Assembly (NCBI GenBank): GCA_037379345.1
Contig: CM074518.1
Location: 24,428,001 to 24,492,000, forward strand
DNA: 64,000 bases
DNA from: Perna viridis
Taxonomy: Eukaryota
Reading direction: 5' to 3'
A program made the translations under genes and the position numbers. Shown here piece by piece: positions 13,068 through 27,210 of the stretch. Under the pieces are notes generated by a model. That model saw only the letters and a list, made by a program, of their open reading frames with translations, was not told the DNA's origin and ran no database searches. How positions within the stretch are numbered: position 1 is the first letter of the stretch; each line of letters opens with the position of its first letter.

Positions 13068-16000
13068 CTGAAACATGAATAACATAAGTTTTGTACTTCC
13101 GTCGAACAGAGCACCGATAAGTTCACATGTCAAACACAGCATTGATATTTACAGGTATCAAATACAGCATGATATTTGCACGCAAAGTCCATCAGTTTTA
13201 ATTGCAATAGTCAATCGGCTGATAAAATAAAATTCTAAAATTCTCGCAGTCCATTTGTGAAAACGATAGATGATTAAATCAAACACTGCTGCAGCAACAG
13301 CACGTATTTAAAACCATAACTATACATAAAAAATCGTAAAAGACCTAATATAACTCGTTTGTTCATCAAGAAAAATCATAGGGTTCAAACAGAGGTACAT
13401 TATAATAATTGGTCATTTCTATAATGACTACCAAAACAATACAATATTCTCTATCAAAGAGTTGCAAAATGCACCCCACGAAGGTTTCAATTCTATAAGT
13501 GAATATTATATTTCCAGTACATATAACAAGTAACACCTATTTGAGGACTTTTTTTTCTAGCTTTCACTGATAACTTTACATGTACTGTGGTATAGCAACC
13601 AATTTGTCACGATTTCTCAGCAAGATATTAAGACATAATGGAGAATGAACTTTTTGAATGCTGTCAACAATTGCAGCCTTGCAGGGATTAAGCATCCCAA
13701 CAGAGTTAACAGTTACATGTACTAGTTTACTACATGAAACGATACAATACCATTACACAAGCTGATCTGCCCGCAAAAAAAAACATTAGATGAATTTCCC
13801 TGAACATAAAACATTGAAACGATACACATACATTTTAGTACCAAACCTTTTACAATACCACTTTAAAATCAGTCTTCATGACGATTCTTTATAAAGAAGT
13901 AAAATAGGCTGCTAAAGTCCGGTTTCGTAGGTTTTACTCAGTGAAAAGGCAATAGTCATATAGATGACAGACCATATTTTGTCTTTATTCATTACTTTCT
14001 TATCTTGTATACATGCCTTTAGCTCACTTGTGGATCGTATATATATTCCACAGCACAGAAGAAGAGGAGTGGATGAGATGAGGATTTTCTCTTGTAGTCT
14101 AATCGGGCAAGCAATAATTTTAGTCCGAAAATTCACTTTTCTGGGCATCAAACTGGAGGCAAACGTCCTTGACTACCACTTGTATGTGGTTTAGTCATTA
14201 TTGCAAGGGTATCAGATTGATGGTAAACGTCTCAGATTTCTACTTGTGCATAAGAATATTTGCTAGAGAAGTTGTGTCATGTACATTTTGCCCACTACTA
14301 CATGTATAAATGTATGTAATTGCCTCTGTCATGACATTGTTCTATGAATTGTGATAGGCAAGAAGTTATAACTAACTTTAAATACTGCCATCTAATCTGG
14401 CATTTATTGAAGTCATTTCTAACACAAGACTACACAAATTTTCAATACAAGCTTAACAGACATAAGATAAAATAAGGCAGTAATCTTCCAATCAACTTCA
14501 ATAGGATTATTTCATTTTCAAATTAATTCTATCCAAGTCAAGTCAACCCACCCAAACTCTTCAAATGTAATCAAACTATTTCAGTTTTCAAATCAATCAT
14601 TTTCTTTTCATTTTCGGTATTTTATGGAATATTTCTATATGCCGTTTCCGTGGAGCTTTCAAGTTACTTCTACTAGTCATAATTGCTTAACCACCAGACA
14701 ACAGTTATCTTAAGGTACCAGAAATAAAGGCACTATTTAACATAATAATAAAGAATACTTCATGCTCTACCGTGGATTAATACAATACTGGTGTCAGTGA
14801 TATTCACAATAAAAAACAATATTCTGGGATTCTAATACTTGGTACTGTCCAGCAATGAGTTATTATAAGTAGTAGACAACAGTCATTAGACATGAATTGT
14901 GTAAATTTCATGATTTCTGTATTTTCATACCATGTAAGTTAATGTGGCTAAATTCTGATTACATGTATATAGTGTCATTTCTTCTAGGCTTTCCTGTTAT
15001 GAATGTACAAAAATGTTGATTTTTCAATGTTGGGTGTCTCTCCTCATTTTTAAGTTTATAGTTTCATCCACAATAAATTTTGTTTTCATAGTATTGTTGT
15101 CTCTGTACAGTTTACCCAGCATTTAAAACAAGAACTAACAAATCACCAACACCAGTATATAAGGAATAGAACTGAACAGAAGGAACAGCACTAAATACTA
15201 CCAATATGGTTTTTTTTTAATTATTTATTTTCATTTGTTTACCAAACATACCAAAATAAAAAATTCTTTGAGCATCTTATCATAACTTAACATTGTGGAT
15301 TTCCTATTCAGAGTTTCAATAAAAAAACATTGCCTTATAGGTAAGTTCATGTACCAACAAATATACATGTAGAGTACTGTATCAGAAGTATCTAACATTA
15401 AATATGTCTAAATAATGACAACCTGTGTACCAGTACATGTCACTAAGACTTAAAGACTGGTTTTTTTGTTGCACCTTCTGTGCAATAACTTTTTGATCAA
15501 TTTAGAAATTATGGAAACCCACAATTGAATGAAGAAGCATGAAATATCCTTGTAATATTGTATGTATAAATACAATTCAAAAGTATATAATTTACTTTAC
15601 TCAAGGTTGATTCACAAAAGCAAAGGATATAAAATCCACCAATAACACTGTATCCCCTTACAAAATAGTACATGTATTACCGGTATTCTCACACAAATTC
15701 TACATGTATCTCTGTTTTTAAATTATACTGTGTACTAAACAGTAGAAGTCCAAATCATTATTATGATATGAATCTCTAAAATTCAATTTTCAACAGCACA
15801 AGAAAGAAGACAAGATCCAAGTGGATTTTACTTTTTAGCCCAGTGAGTCTTGAGTAAAGTCAGTAGAACATAGAAATACCCAGTTATCACATGTACAGAC
15901 TCAATGATGATGAATGAGTTTATGGTGAGTACAATACAACAAATAACCTACCTTGTGGAGCTTCTTCATTGTCAATAGAGCAGTAGGTTTTATATTAACT

Positions 16001-19000
16001 GAACCATTTCTCTGGGGATTAAAATATTTTATGTTTGCAAAGCCATGGGTTATTTCCAAAGATGCAAATTTTAGTGATCTCATTTATAAGCAATATATCT
16101 CTGTATAGTTGAGAACATTTCTATAAACATTACTAAATGTGTGTAATTTAATATCTTTGTTTTATGATATAAGTACAAAAGTAAATATGAATTAGCTTCA
16201 GTTTTGACACAAGCTACACAATATAACAAATTTGACTTCAATGCTGGACAGTAAGCCTACCAGGATATTAGATTTCAAAAACCTTTTGTTTTCCTTTTTT
16301 ATATAAAATTGGCCATAAGCAGCTATCTTGCTTAACAAAGCCCCTTAACCAGTATTGCATTGATTTTTATAACCTAAAGTGACTTTAATATATTGTTTTC
16401 ATGTTCAGTTGATATATAAAAAAGCAATCCCACATTTTGTACAAAAATTCTTCAGTGCATGACTTACATGTACTTAGGTTTACATAGGGGTCTTATTAAA
16501 ATCAGTTAGCTCCATTGATCAGACATTTCTCAAGTTCTAAATAGCACTAACTATTTTACAAATATCTTATTCATAAGACTACTCCAAAAATAATGATACA
16601 CTGTTCCCTTCTTTCAGTGACAATGAAAAAGCTCCTAAAATCAGCTGCACACTGCTATCTGGTCTGTTTCTTTGTCTTCTTGGGCAAATGGACATGGGGA
16701 CAATAGAAGAATCTGCTCTATTTTCATTTTAAACTTTCAACTAAACTTTTACAATAAATTGCTTTTTTTTGGTCCTATTTTTGTTGAAAACAGTATTATT
16801 CCATTTTTTCTGATTAATCTATCTAAAATGATTTGTAATTTATTGTATTACAAAAGCATTTTACATTGTACCATACCTAATAGAGCAGATTCTAACTTTA
16901 ATATACAAACTATTTTTATCTAGAATATCTACTGAATTGACATCTGGACATCAGATTGCAACTAGAAAAACTGTGAGCAATGCTCACTAAAGGATACCCC
17001 CGCTCTCCAACCTAGTAGGCAATTAGGTCAAAATATAAACAGTTGTCAACATGAAGTTGATGTTACTTAAGTCAGAAATCTAATCCAACCTACATGTACA
17101 TGTATATACAGCTTCTGTCAAAAATGTTGTGGCTGTAATAATAGTTGCAGAGAAAAATTGCAATGAAAAAGTAGAAGACAGACACACAGACAGGATGATC
17201 ACTACAAGTGTATTAACTGAACAGTCTCTTACGAACACAGATGCCTCAACTTTATTTGATACCAATGAGCTACTTATAACAGTTATTACATGGATCCCAA
17301 CCAACAACTGATTTGTGATAGAACATTCATTCATCTTTAAACATAATTGGTGTGTGATAAGGACAAATGCATGTACTGCACATGCAGAACATCCCATAAT
17401 ACTAAATCTGCTGCACTTTACCAAATGTCTAATCAATATCTAACCTAGTTTTAACTGACGACAAATTGAACAGAACCCTCATCAGAGCAGTGTGAAAATG
17501 GCAGAAGTTGACTACATTGTAAAAATCATCATGACAAAGTTTCATACTAGATTCCAAATCAATTCCTGAATTTAAGTTCAAGTAAATGCATATGACACAC
17601 TAACAGATAGTAGCAGGACTATATATCTCTGATGCCTCAGGTTGTAGACATGCAGTTAGCAATATACCCCCTGTCACAAGAAATGCTAACCTTACAACAG
17701 AAAGGACAGATATCTAGATGACCTTAGGCATACATATATGTACCTCCACTTAACTAGCCATAAAACTCGTAATTTACAAAACTTATTACATGTATCTGTA
17801 AAGTTTACTATTTTAGATGAAACAGTGGAAATTGGCAAGATTTTTATTCAAAATATATGTGCATCAAATTAAACTGAACATTTTCTAGGGGCACTAAGGC
17901 CCTTGATATTGATCACAAGAGATATGGGAAAGTTGTGAAAACTACATTGATACCGATGGTTTATGCATTTATTCAAAAGGTGGCAAAGGTTCAAAATATA
18001 TAAGAATTGTCATCACTTGTACTTTAAAACTGAACTTTCACATGTACATGTATAAATGTACATTTAGCTGCATAAATTTGAAAAAAGTGAAATATCTTCA
18101 AGTGTATATTTTATCTTCGCCAATACTTAAGTGCACTGATTTTAAAATATAAGACAATTCAAAGGAATCTTACTAGAAAGGAAGATTAGGATTAATTATT
18201 GAAGCTGTTTTCACAACTAGACCATTTATTGTTTTGAGTAAAATTGAATGCTTCATTGTACACTAGCTTCTCTATAAAGCTAATTTTGTCATTCGAACTT
18301 ACAAGTTGTAAAGCTGGCTCATTTTGTCATTGTGGAAGGAATATTGTTCATCGAAACCAAATTTCATGGTTTTCACTGTTCAGTCAAATCACAAACTAAA
18401 ATTCCCAACGACAATTTAAAATTTCCATTATAAAATTTAATGCCCTATATAATTATCTAATTAAAGAACCCAAGATCCATAAGGTTTTGACACACCATGA
18501 AAATTGGATACCAAAAATAATGTAAGTGTACAATGAAATCTGGCTTAAAACAAAACTACTTACATGTAAGTGATTCAAAACACACAAGTGTTCAGTTTAC
18601 CAAGGTTCAAACACTTTTCAACTGATATACATGTAAATGGACTTTAAAAAGGGTCTTATTAAAAGATTTTTAGGACTTTTCAGTGTTTGATTTAGACATG
18701 TTTCATTGCACCTATACTGTTAATTGTACAATTGTTCTGAACAAATAAATGACACCAATATTACATTGTACCTTTAGCAATTGAAAATAGACTTACATAT
18801 GTACATGTACTACATGTATTGTAGAATTTCATGATACATGTACATGCACTGAAGGGATTAATGAAAAAAAATAGAAATTCTTTTTAATGACCTCAAACTG
18901 AAAGTTCTTTTTCATTTACTGTAGTAAGTTTTCTTTCTTTACCTCTTCGAAAGCATTAAGCATTGTTGAGAATTTTCGGAGATTGCACATATGCAAAAAA

Positions 19001-19807
19001 CTATATTCATTTGAAATATTAATATTGATGTCATGTCATTACAAGGGCTGGGCCACTTACCTTTCAACATGTTGAGCTGAAATCTAATTCAATAACAGGA
19101 ATTTACAAGTACTTGTGCATTTATCTTTTAAAAAAGTAATATTTTTTAAAAGTTGTTTCAAATTCTTATTGAATATTTACATCAATGAAACAAACTTGAT
19201 CTTTCCATCAATTGGCCTAATAAGACCAGCTTTCATGATTTTGCTAACTCAAATTTTAAATACATGTACATGTAGGTAAAGCATGTAGTTGGGTGATTCA
19301 TTGGTTATAAATAAATTTACATAAATGTTACACAAAAGCTTCATGTAAAATAAAATGAATTTCAAAAAGTTTTAGACATAAAAAAAAATCACAAGAAATG
19401 AGTATGTCTCCAATTTAACCAAATGACCTCAACAAGTTTGCTTGTAAATTCCTTTGTATAATATACTAGGTGAAATACATGGTGATGAGTCTGTACCCCT
19501 TACAACCAACCTTGAAAAAGCATTTTAAGGCACTGGCTTCCATGAACATCAAGTATTCATAAAAAATAAAGATAATACTCAAATGGAAAAGATATGAACT
19601 CATAAGTTTGAAATGTGTTACCTCAAAATGTTATATGTCCATCCTATCAATTTAGAAAAAAAAAATGAAAATCCTAATAATGATCATGATCAAGCTAACT
19701 TAATGCCTTTAAAAATATATTGCACATAAGTCAAGGTTGCTTCCAAGAATGTGATAACTAAGTATTTACATAACTATCAATATGAAAACCAAGAAGTTGA
19801 TCCCTAC

Positions 19808-20121
19808 CTGAAGTTGGCCCAATAAACATAGGTCCACCTGCAGTCTGATCCCCAAACGTCATATTGCCATCACCCGATAAATTTGATAAGTTGGATATAT
19901 CTTCTTGTGACCAATCAACAGGGAGATCACTCTCGTCATAGTCTTGTTCATCATCTCCGTGATATAATCCAGTCCTTTGTCCGTCACCTTGTTCGTTGTC
20001 CACATGCATCACAAGTCCGCCAGTTTCCTCCTCAACCTTTTCTATTTTCACTATTGCCAGATCTGCAGCATCTTCTGAACTTTCAGATGGACCTGGGTCA
20101 TGACCTTCTTGTGGCCTAGAA
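19808..20121 (-). CDS. BTB/POZ protein, constant exon 3 (acidic linker) ending in the shared phase-1 donor
   Basis: Acceptor tgctttcag|T completes the phase-2 codon; open frame SRPQEG...IGPTS; donor TCA G|gtaggg, phase 1. Confidence 0.88.
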
Positions 20122-20430
20122 CTGAAAGCAGAATTGATAACATATAAAAACAATATCCTGTCATTCAACATAATCAGAGATGATTTTACGAGGTCAACAA
20201 ACAAAGCAAAAATTGGCAAAATCAAAAGTATATAAACAGTAAAAAAAAGAATCATAACGGTAAAATTCAGATTTGAAATCCAGATTTGAAATAGTGAAAA
20301 TCCGCTAAAAACAGAAGAAAATCATTCCTGCATAATGAATTACTCATTTAACTTACATATACAAAATGTACATGATAAATGTACAAAATTGTACGTGAGT
20401 ATATAGTGACTTGAAATAAAAAATTGACAA

Positions 20431-21107
20431 TAAGGCCAAAAAAAAAAAAATGTGTGTTTCCTATCACCTAAAAATTTTGACTGAAGGTACGTTTAGGTTC
20501 CCCGATCCTCTAATGTTTGGATAGCAAATGATCAGCAGTGTCCAAAGACATCTTGATACAATCTTATACATGTATGTTTTGAAGTCTTCAATAAAAGACA
20601 AACACCTTGTCTTAGACAATTTTTATGACTCTCTAGACTTGGCATCCTTTCCGCACTTGATTGTCAAATTATGTTCCTTCAGCCATTCGGATGAGTTTGG
20701 GTGGTAGCTGGTATAAACATCTGTTAATGTTGTCTTGTCAGGAAAGCACGATAATATGTATTCTGCATCCATGTGATGACATTTCGCTATTTCAAAAGCG
20801 ATGACCGAGCTTGCCGCTGTTAAGCAGGCCATCATGGTTTTTATATTCAAGATTCTCTTGACTTTACCAGCGCAATGATGTAAAAATCGTTCAGAGTATA
20901 TCAGGATCGCTCTTCGGCTTTACAAAAATGATATAAAGTCTGCTTCTATAAAGCGCATTAGGAATTACGTTTTAAGATCCAACAAATAACCATGACATAA
21001 TTACAATCGCAAGGAGTAAAACATACCAAAAATTTAAAATATCGCTTTTTTTTGGTGAAAAAATGTTTGGTTGGTGACCGGAAACACACAATATTTTTTT
21101 TGGCTTA
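20431..21107. mobile_element. Non-autonomous TIR element (MITE-like) in BTB intron 2
   Basis: Ends taaggcc(a)n tgtgtgtttcc ... ggaaacacacaatattttttttggctta are imperfect inverted repeats; interior richer in CpG than the flanks. Confidence 0.65.
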
Positions 21108-21200
21108 GGCCTTTTACCCATGCAGTTAGAATTTTAACGGGCCATTTTCATATTTTTTTGTTAAATACATGTATAAATATGTACATGTATGTACTATTAC

Positions 21201-22447
21201 CTTTCTCCATCCCGTTTTTCTGTTTTCTCCACTACACTGGAGTCTTGTGGTTGCTGACTAGAGGACTGTATCTGGAATGATGATATTTGGGACTGATGAC
21301 TTGCTTGTGTAGCACTGCCAGCTGCAAATGTAGGCTTTCCAGTAGAAGGAAGGAAAGATGGGTGAGAGCGTTGAGGAGTACTAGTCATGAAAGGAGGTTT
21401 CAAACTTTCACTGAAGTTATCTGTGGACATTTGTGATAAGCGAGATAGACTTGAAGGTTGTTCTTGTGGTCGTGACTGAAAACCTTGAGAAAGAGGTGCG
21501 ATGTTTAATGTTCCTGCTTGCTGCAGGGGAGGTGGAGGCGGTTGGGTTGAGAAATTATTTGGATTTGATGGAATTCTTGACATGACTGATGTAGGCACTG
21601 GTTGATTAATGTTTTGGGATTGATGAGTATCACGGAATGGTAATTTTGGTGAGATGGGCATCTGTGATGGTTGCTGCAAAGGGTCACTTGTACGAGTGCG
21701 TCCCCCACCACCATCATCAGCAATGCTAACAACACGAGTATCTTTTGTATTAGAAACATGTGATGCTACAGATATAGATGTTTTCTGTTGTGACAATCTT
21801 GCTGGTTCTGGTTGTCCAGGTACTGGTTTTTCTCTTTGTATCAATTCTAAACTATCCTCAATGATTTCAATAACACCTGGTGAATCTGATCGACTTGATT
21901 GACTTGATGCACCTGAACGAACACTACCTGTGCCACCACCAGGCATATAACTTTGAGTCATTGAAAGTGCATCATCAGCTCTTTGTGAATTTACATCTGA
22001 GGTCGGACTTGATTGACGCTGCATTCTTTGTCTTTTTCCTGTAGTTGGGCTACCTGGACGAGGTGATTCTGACATTCTTTTCATTAGTCTATCATGATAT
22101 GTTTTTTGTAAGCCAGTGGCACGCACATGACGGAATTCAAGAAGATCATATTTGTCAAATTTGTAGTTAGCATTATGCATTTTTCCTGTGGATTTTTCAA
22201 GGCATTTGAAGAAGTCTGAGCAACATTTGATCACACTGTCTACTTGTAAAAGTCGAGCTACTTTTTCAACATGTTTAACATTATCCTCTGTAAGTAACAT
22301 AAATCCTTCATATAAATACTGTAGGAATGTGTTTACAGCCTCCTGTTTAATATCTGCAGCAAGACGAACCTCCAACTCAGTTCCAACAGATGCATTTTCC
22401 ATTGACTGTAACATTGGACATGCTGCCAAGAGCACAACTCTGTGCGC
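21201..22447 (-). CDS. BTB/POZ protein, constant exon 2 (rest of BTB plus long S/Q/P-rich region)
   Basis: Acceptor tttgttttag|GCG gives TK|AHRVVLLAAC..., FLQYLYEG, VARLLQV...CC (BTB hallmarks); donor AG|gtaata, phase 2. Confidence 0.93.
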
Positions 22448-23097
22448 CTAAAACAAACAAAAAGTTAATCTTCAATTTAACATTTTGAAACAAAAATCTC
22501 AAACTGTACATTGAAACCACCAAGATGATTAAGTACAGATTACACTAAAAAATCGATAATCAAATTCATAAAATTACCAGAAAAATTCAATGGCAAAATA
22601 TTATTTTCCCAATTCCACTTTATTCTTCAAAGGAATCAAAAACAACTCTTCAGTCGCATTCAGTTACATGTACATGATTTTGTACATCATCTGACCGTGG
22701 TTGTATCATGCTGCACTCAGTAAAGTTTTTTATTTCATGAAATTACTTGTGTAATTGTTTGTAAATTTGTACACTACAATGTACATGTACATATGTACAT
22801 GCATGATTTTTCTTAATTCTTTATCTTGGTTTTCACATACAATGTACCAACTATAGCAATTATTATAATTCAAGATCAACAAGCCTGTCTGCCGGTACTA
22901 CAAATGTACAGCTACATGAACATGTAGCATTTAATACCAGTGTCTAGAAATACATGTATGAGTACAATGTACATCATTAATCAATACAGGTCTCTTGTCC
23001 TCATAAATGTATCTTCATGATCTTGGTGATACACATGCATTGTACATGTGTATGTACAATTCATGTACAAAATGTACATACTTAGCATATTTATTAC

Positions 23098-23223
23098 CTT
23101 TGTGACAACATTTCCAGTGCAGATTAATGCATCACACAGAAGCTGACTTCTCCACATCTGGGCAAGCTGACAGAGCAACGAGCTCGAATGGATATGATTC
23201 ATATACACTTTCTGATAATTCAT
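23098..23223 (-). CDS. BTB/POZ protein, constant coding exon 1 (MNYQKVY...DALICTGNVVTK)
   Basis: Acceptor ttttttcag| with exon starting at 23233; ATG at 23223; 42 codons typical of a BTB N-terminus (H..SLL.QL..M....LLCD..I); donor AAG|gtaata, phase 0. Confidence 0.9.
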
Positions 23224-26200
23224 ACTTGCTTTCCTGAAAAAAAAATAGAAGTTTTTTTTTCAACAATGCACATACATTTGTGCATGTACAAGTCCTGCTG
23301 CTACCATATCTGTGCATTTTTGCAATCTACATGTAACATGACACATCATAAATGGACCTGCATCACCTTCATACTTTTGTCAGCACATATTTTTAATATA
23401 TCCATGTATGCACTTACCATTATGCAAGCATGCAGTATACACTGCTAAATGTTCAATGCCTTAAAACTATCCACAACATACAAGTTCATGTACAAACACG
23501 TACATTGTATGTTAAGTTACAAAGAATGACCAAGCTCAACATGCTTAAAAAACATGTACAGAATATCTCCATCATACCAGGTACAAATCTTCAATATGTA
23601 TTAAAACACTTTTCTCATTTTCTGCTGGATATTAAATTTTGTTTTGATTAGTCAATTGAAGGAATTTAATTTGTATCTACCAAGTCCATCTGCAGAGATG
23701 TAAACAATCATATTTTTCAATCTTAAATATCTTCAAATACAGAAATTAATAATAAAAATGCTTTGGATATCATTTAAAAAGAAGATTTTATATCATTAAA
23801 CTGACACAGGTAGCTGCTTTCAGAGTTCTATTTATGTTAACCAGGTAAACCAAAGGCACCAATGAAGCATCACTTCACTACACCTCCAAGACCTTGAAGT
23901 GCCCAGATGTCCGGAAAAGTGAATGTAAACTTTGATTCTAATATGACATCCTACTAACATCAAACCATATCCAATGTATAATTTGTTTAAACATGTATTA
24001 ACCTGATACATCTACCCTTTCGCATTCCAGATACAGATATATTTTCTATTTAATTTAGAATATAAATAACTGATTTTAGATAAGGTGTTGTACTCATGCT
24101 TTCACACATGGGCTGGGTCTTTATATTCAATTATTTTATACCAAGCGTTAGTGAGGTAACGTATCAAATAGGAATACCATATACTTTCTAAAATACAATG
24201 TAATATTAGTTCTATACTCCAAGAGTTACAGATTAAACAAAGTACACATGTAGGTACTATCAACAAGACAACAACTTAAAAAAAAATGCCAAGTTAAACA
24301 TGCTGAAAATATAGGAAAAATGATCAGATTTCTCCATAATAGGAGGCATATACATGTACATGTACCACATCACACTTCACATGCATTAATATTCAAAATG
24401 CCAACAAAGCAGGGTCTCTCTTGAAAAATGATCAAAACTTCAATACAAAATGTAATTTTTGTAGCAAATATGGTATCAGTACAAAGGAAATGATTTCAGA
24501 ATTAACCTAGTTAAGTGTGACATGCACGATTTCTAAGTCGTTCAAAGCAGTAGAAGGTATGTACTCAATGTAATGCTGATCTCCAATTGTTCATATGGCA
24601 CATTGTCCTGACCCTAACCCAACATATCAATATCCAAATTAAATATGAAAAGGGTTGCAGGGTCAGAGGAAATTTATCACATTCCTGCTGAAAATGACTC
24701 ATAAAAACAGAAATTTTTATCAAGTGAGTAAAAAAATGCCTGATTGAAATTCTGAAGATTATTAAGAAAAAGGCCCATTCTAAAAAATTTAATCCAAAAT
24801 TACCGACATATTCATGAAAAATTGCTGATTGAATAGACCATAATAAAAAAAAACTTCCTAGATTCCCATCCTTTCCTTAGCCACATTTTCACACCCGCCC
24901 CAATATTTTTTGTAATTTCTCAAAACGTGCTTTGAAAAATAACTCAAATTTCCATAAATACAATGTATGTCATGTCATGACCTGACTTTAAATAATCATT
25001 ATTTTGTAACTTCCAGCTGCTATTTCTTTCAAAAATGGTTCCAAATAGATGAAAACTGGTTATGGGTGTAGCAGTAGAGACATATAAACTTTGACCATAG
25101 AGCTGTTTCAAAAGGTTTGTGCTGGTAGAATACATGTAGATCACTAATGCTGAACATACATGTACATGTAGATGATAACAACATCAACACTAGTCATTCT
25201 TCATGTATGACAATTACTGTATGCAAAATAAAAGATGCAACCCAGTTTTGCTTAAGAATTTAGTCTTTCAAGTAAATTAATAGTCTGTTTACAGGAAGGC
25301 TTTTTTTGCTGAGAATACAAGGACAAATAGTATATCAAATTTGCAGGAGTTTCTTTTATTAAAACAGACTACCCGAGTATCTTGGGAGGTACATGTAATA
25401 ATGAATATACATGTAGATTCTCTTCTTTGGTTTATATAATTTCTCCGCTCGAGATGGTAAAATCAAGGTTTTCAACATGCAAACTTTAACCATAGAGAGT
25501 GCAGTGAAAAATATTAGCAGTAGACCTACACATACATGTGAACCTATCGGCGGTAGTTCAATTCTACCGGAATTGGAACCTTCCTACTGTTCTACCGTTG
25601 AAACAGAAAAACTACTGGTTTCCAAAAATTTTACCATAAACAAATTTAGAACACTATTTTTTTTTAATTTACTGAAGAGAAAAACCTGAGAGGATCGAAT
25701 AACGACATTTACAGTTGATCTCGGGTAGACAGATGAACATGTTAATTAGGGTCATAAACAGTAATTAAGAGCTTTAGTGGTTATCAACAAGTAATTTAAA
25801 AGGTGTGATGATTATATAACAACAGGAGATGATTGACAATTATCCCAAGTTTTTGTGGCACATGCTTAAATGATCAAACGATTTTATTACGGACTATTGG
25901 GACTCACTGTGTAAACATTGATGCAGGATATTTGATCTTTTGATGGTTATGGAAACAATGACCATCATCCTCTGAAAATGAAATTGATTCAAAGTATGGC
26001 TTGTGTTTTCTTTATCCAAGTCAATGGAGGAACCATGTGAATTTTTCAATTTGGAGCACTCTCCCCAACCGTCAAAATGCTGAAACGTAATATTTCATCT
26101 TCTGCACCTCCAGCCAAGTAAGCAAAGTAGTTAGTACTATTCCAAATTCAATGCTGCATGGATGTCAAAGTTAAAGAGGTGCCAAGCCAGTAATGACTAT

Positions 26201-27210
26201 TGGAAATGAAATCATTTTGATGCATATTTATGCAATAGTAGCTATTGTAGTGACAATTTTTAAATGAAAATTATTTAATTATCAGTAGCTATATAGTAAT
26301 GCTGACACTTTTAAATTGAAAGTCATATAAATTCATGCTGTTCTTGTTATGTAAATATTGTCAATAATAAATAAAATCATTAAAATGTTCAAGTGTTACT
26401 CCATCAAAAGGGTCATACCAACTATTCAAATAGAGCAATCAGCATTTTTCTCATAGAACAGACAATGTAAGATTTTCCATAAGTTTCACACATATTTGAC
26501 TTGTTATGCCGTGAAACTCCAGTTTTCAAACCAAATCTACAGCTGAAAAATGACAAATCTCCAGTTTTGAAGGAATGACTTTATCACATGTATGTCTACA
26601 GAAGAAGCCTATGTAAAATCAAGCAGGTCTATGATGAAATTGGCTCAAGTTGCTTTAAAATGTACAGTATTCGTGAAATTATGATGTGTCTATGTTGACA
26701 AAAAATTCAGTTTCTAACACTGAGACTGGAGAATTTAAATCAAGATAAGACTGAAGGAGAATCTCTTTCTCCCATGAAAACTGTAGGAAACTTGGAAAAT
26801 GTAAAAAGTCAGAAACCTCACACAGAAATTTAATGTGGTTCAAAGACACGTACAATTTTTAACCATCAGCTTAGAATTGGAAGAAAAAAATCATTCTTTA
26901 CGGTAAATTGACATCCTGGTCAGAGAGCAGATCTCAACATTTTCAAGACAGAGGTATTTCTCTGTAAATCTGCTTACCTAAATTTTATTCCTCAATAAAA
27001 TCATTGAATGATTAGCTCACTTTAAAGAGCAAAAATATCAGGAATCTGTTAAGACGACCTTTTTTTTTTTGGTAAATTTTAGGCATTAAAATTGTTTCCA
27101 AAGAGTATGAAAAATCGCTTGACGAGAATTACTTGATGGCAAGTACTCCTTGACCAGTATCTGGTAACACAAAACCCCAAAATGGTAACTTTTTTTAGGA
27201 GTTAAGATTA

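Noticed and set aside
13912-14720. ORF 13912-14151 and short basic peptide MTSRSNLKAPRKRH near 14680 as extra variable exons
   Set aside because: No in-phase acceptor or HTH pattern could be supported
21505-22451. Overlapping and antisense short ORFs within BTB exon 2 (similar ones occur in SLC26)
   Set aside because: Shadow ORFs of real coding sequence with no independent features
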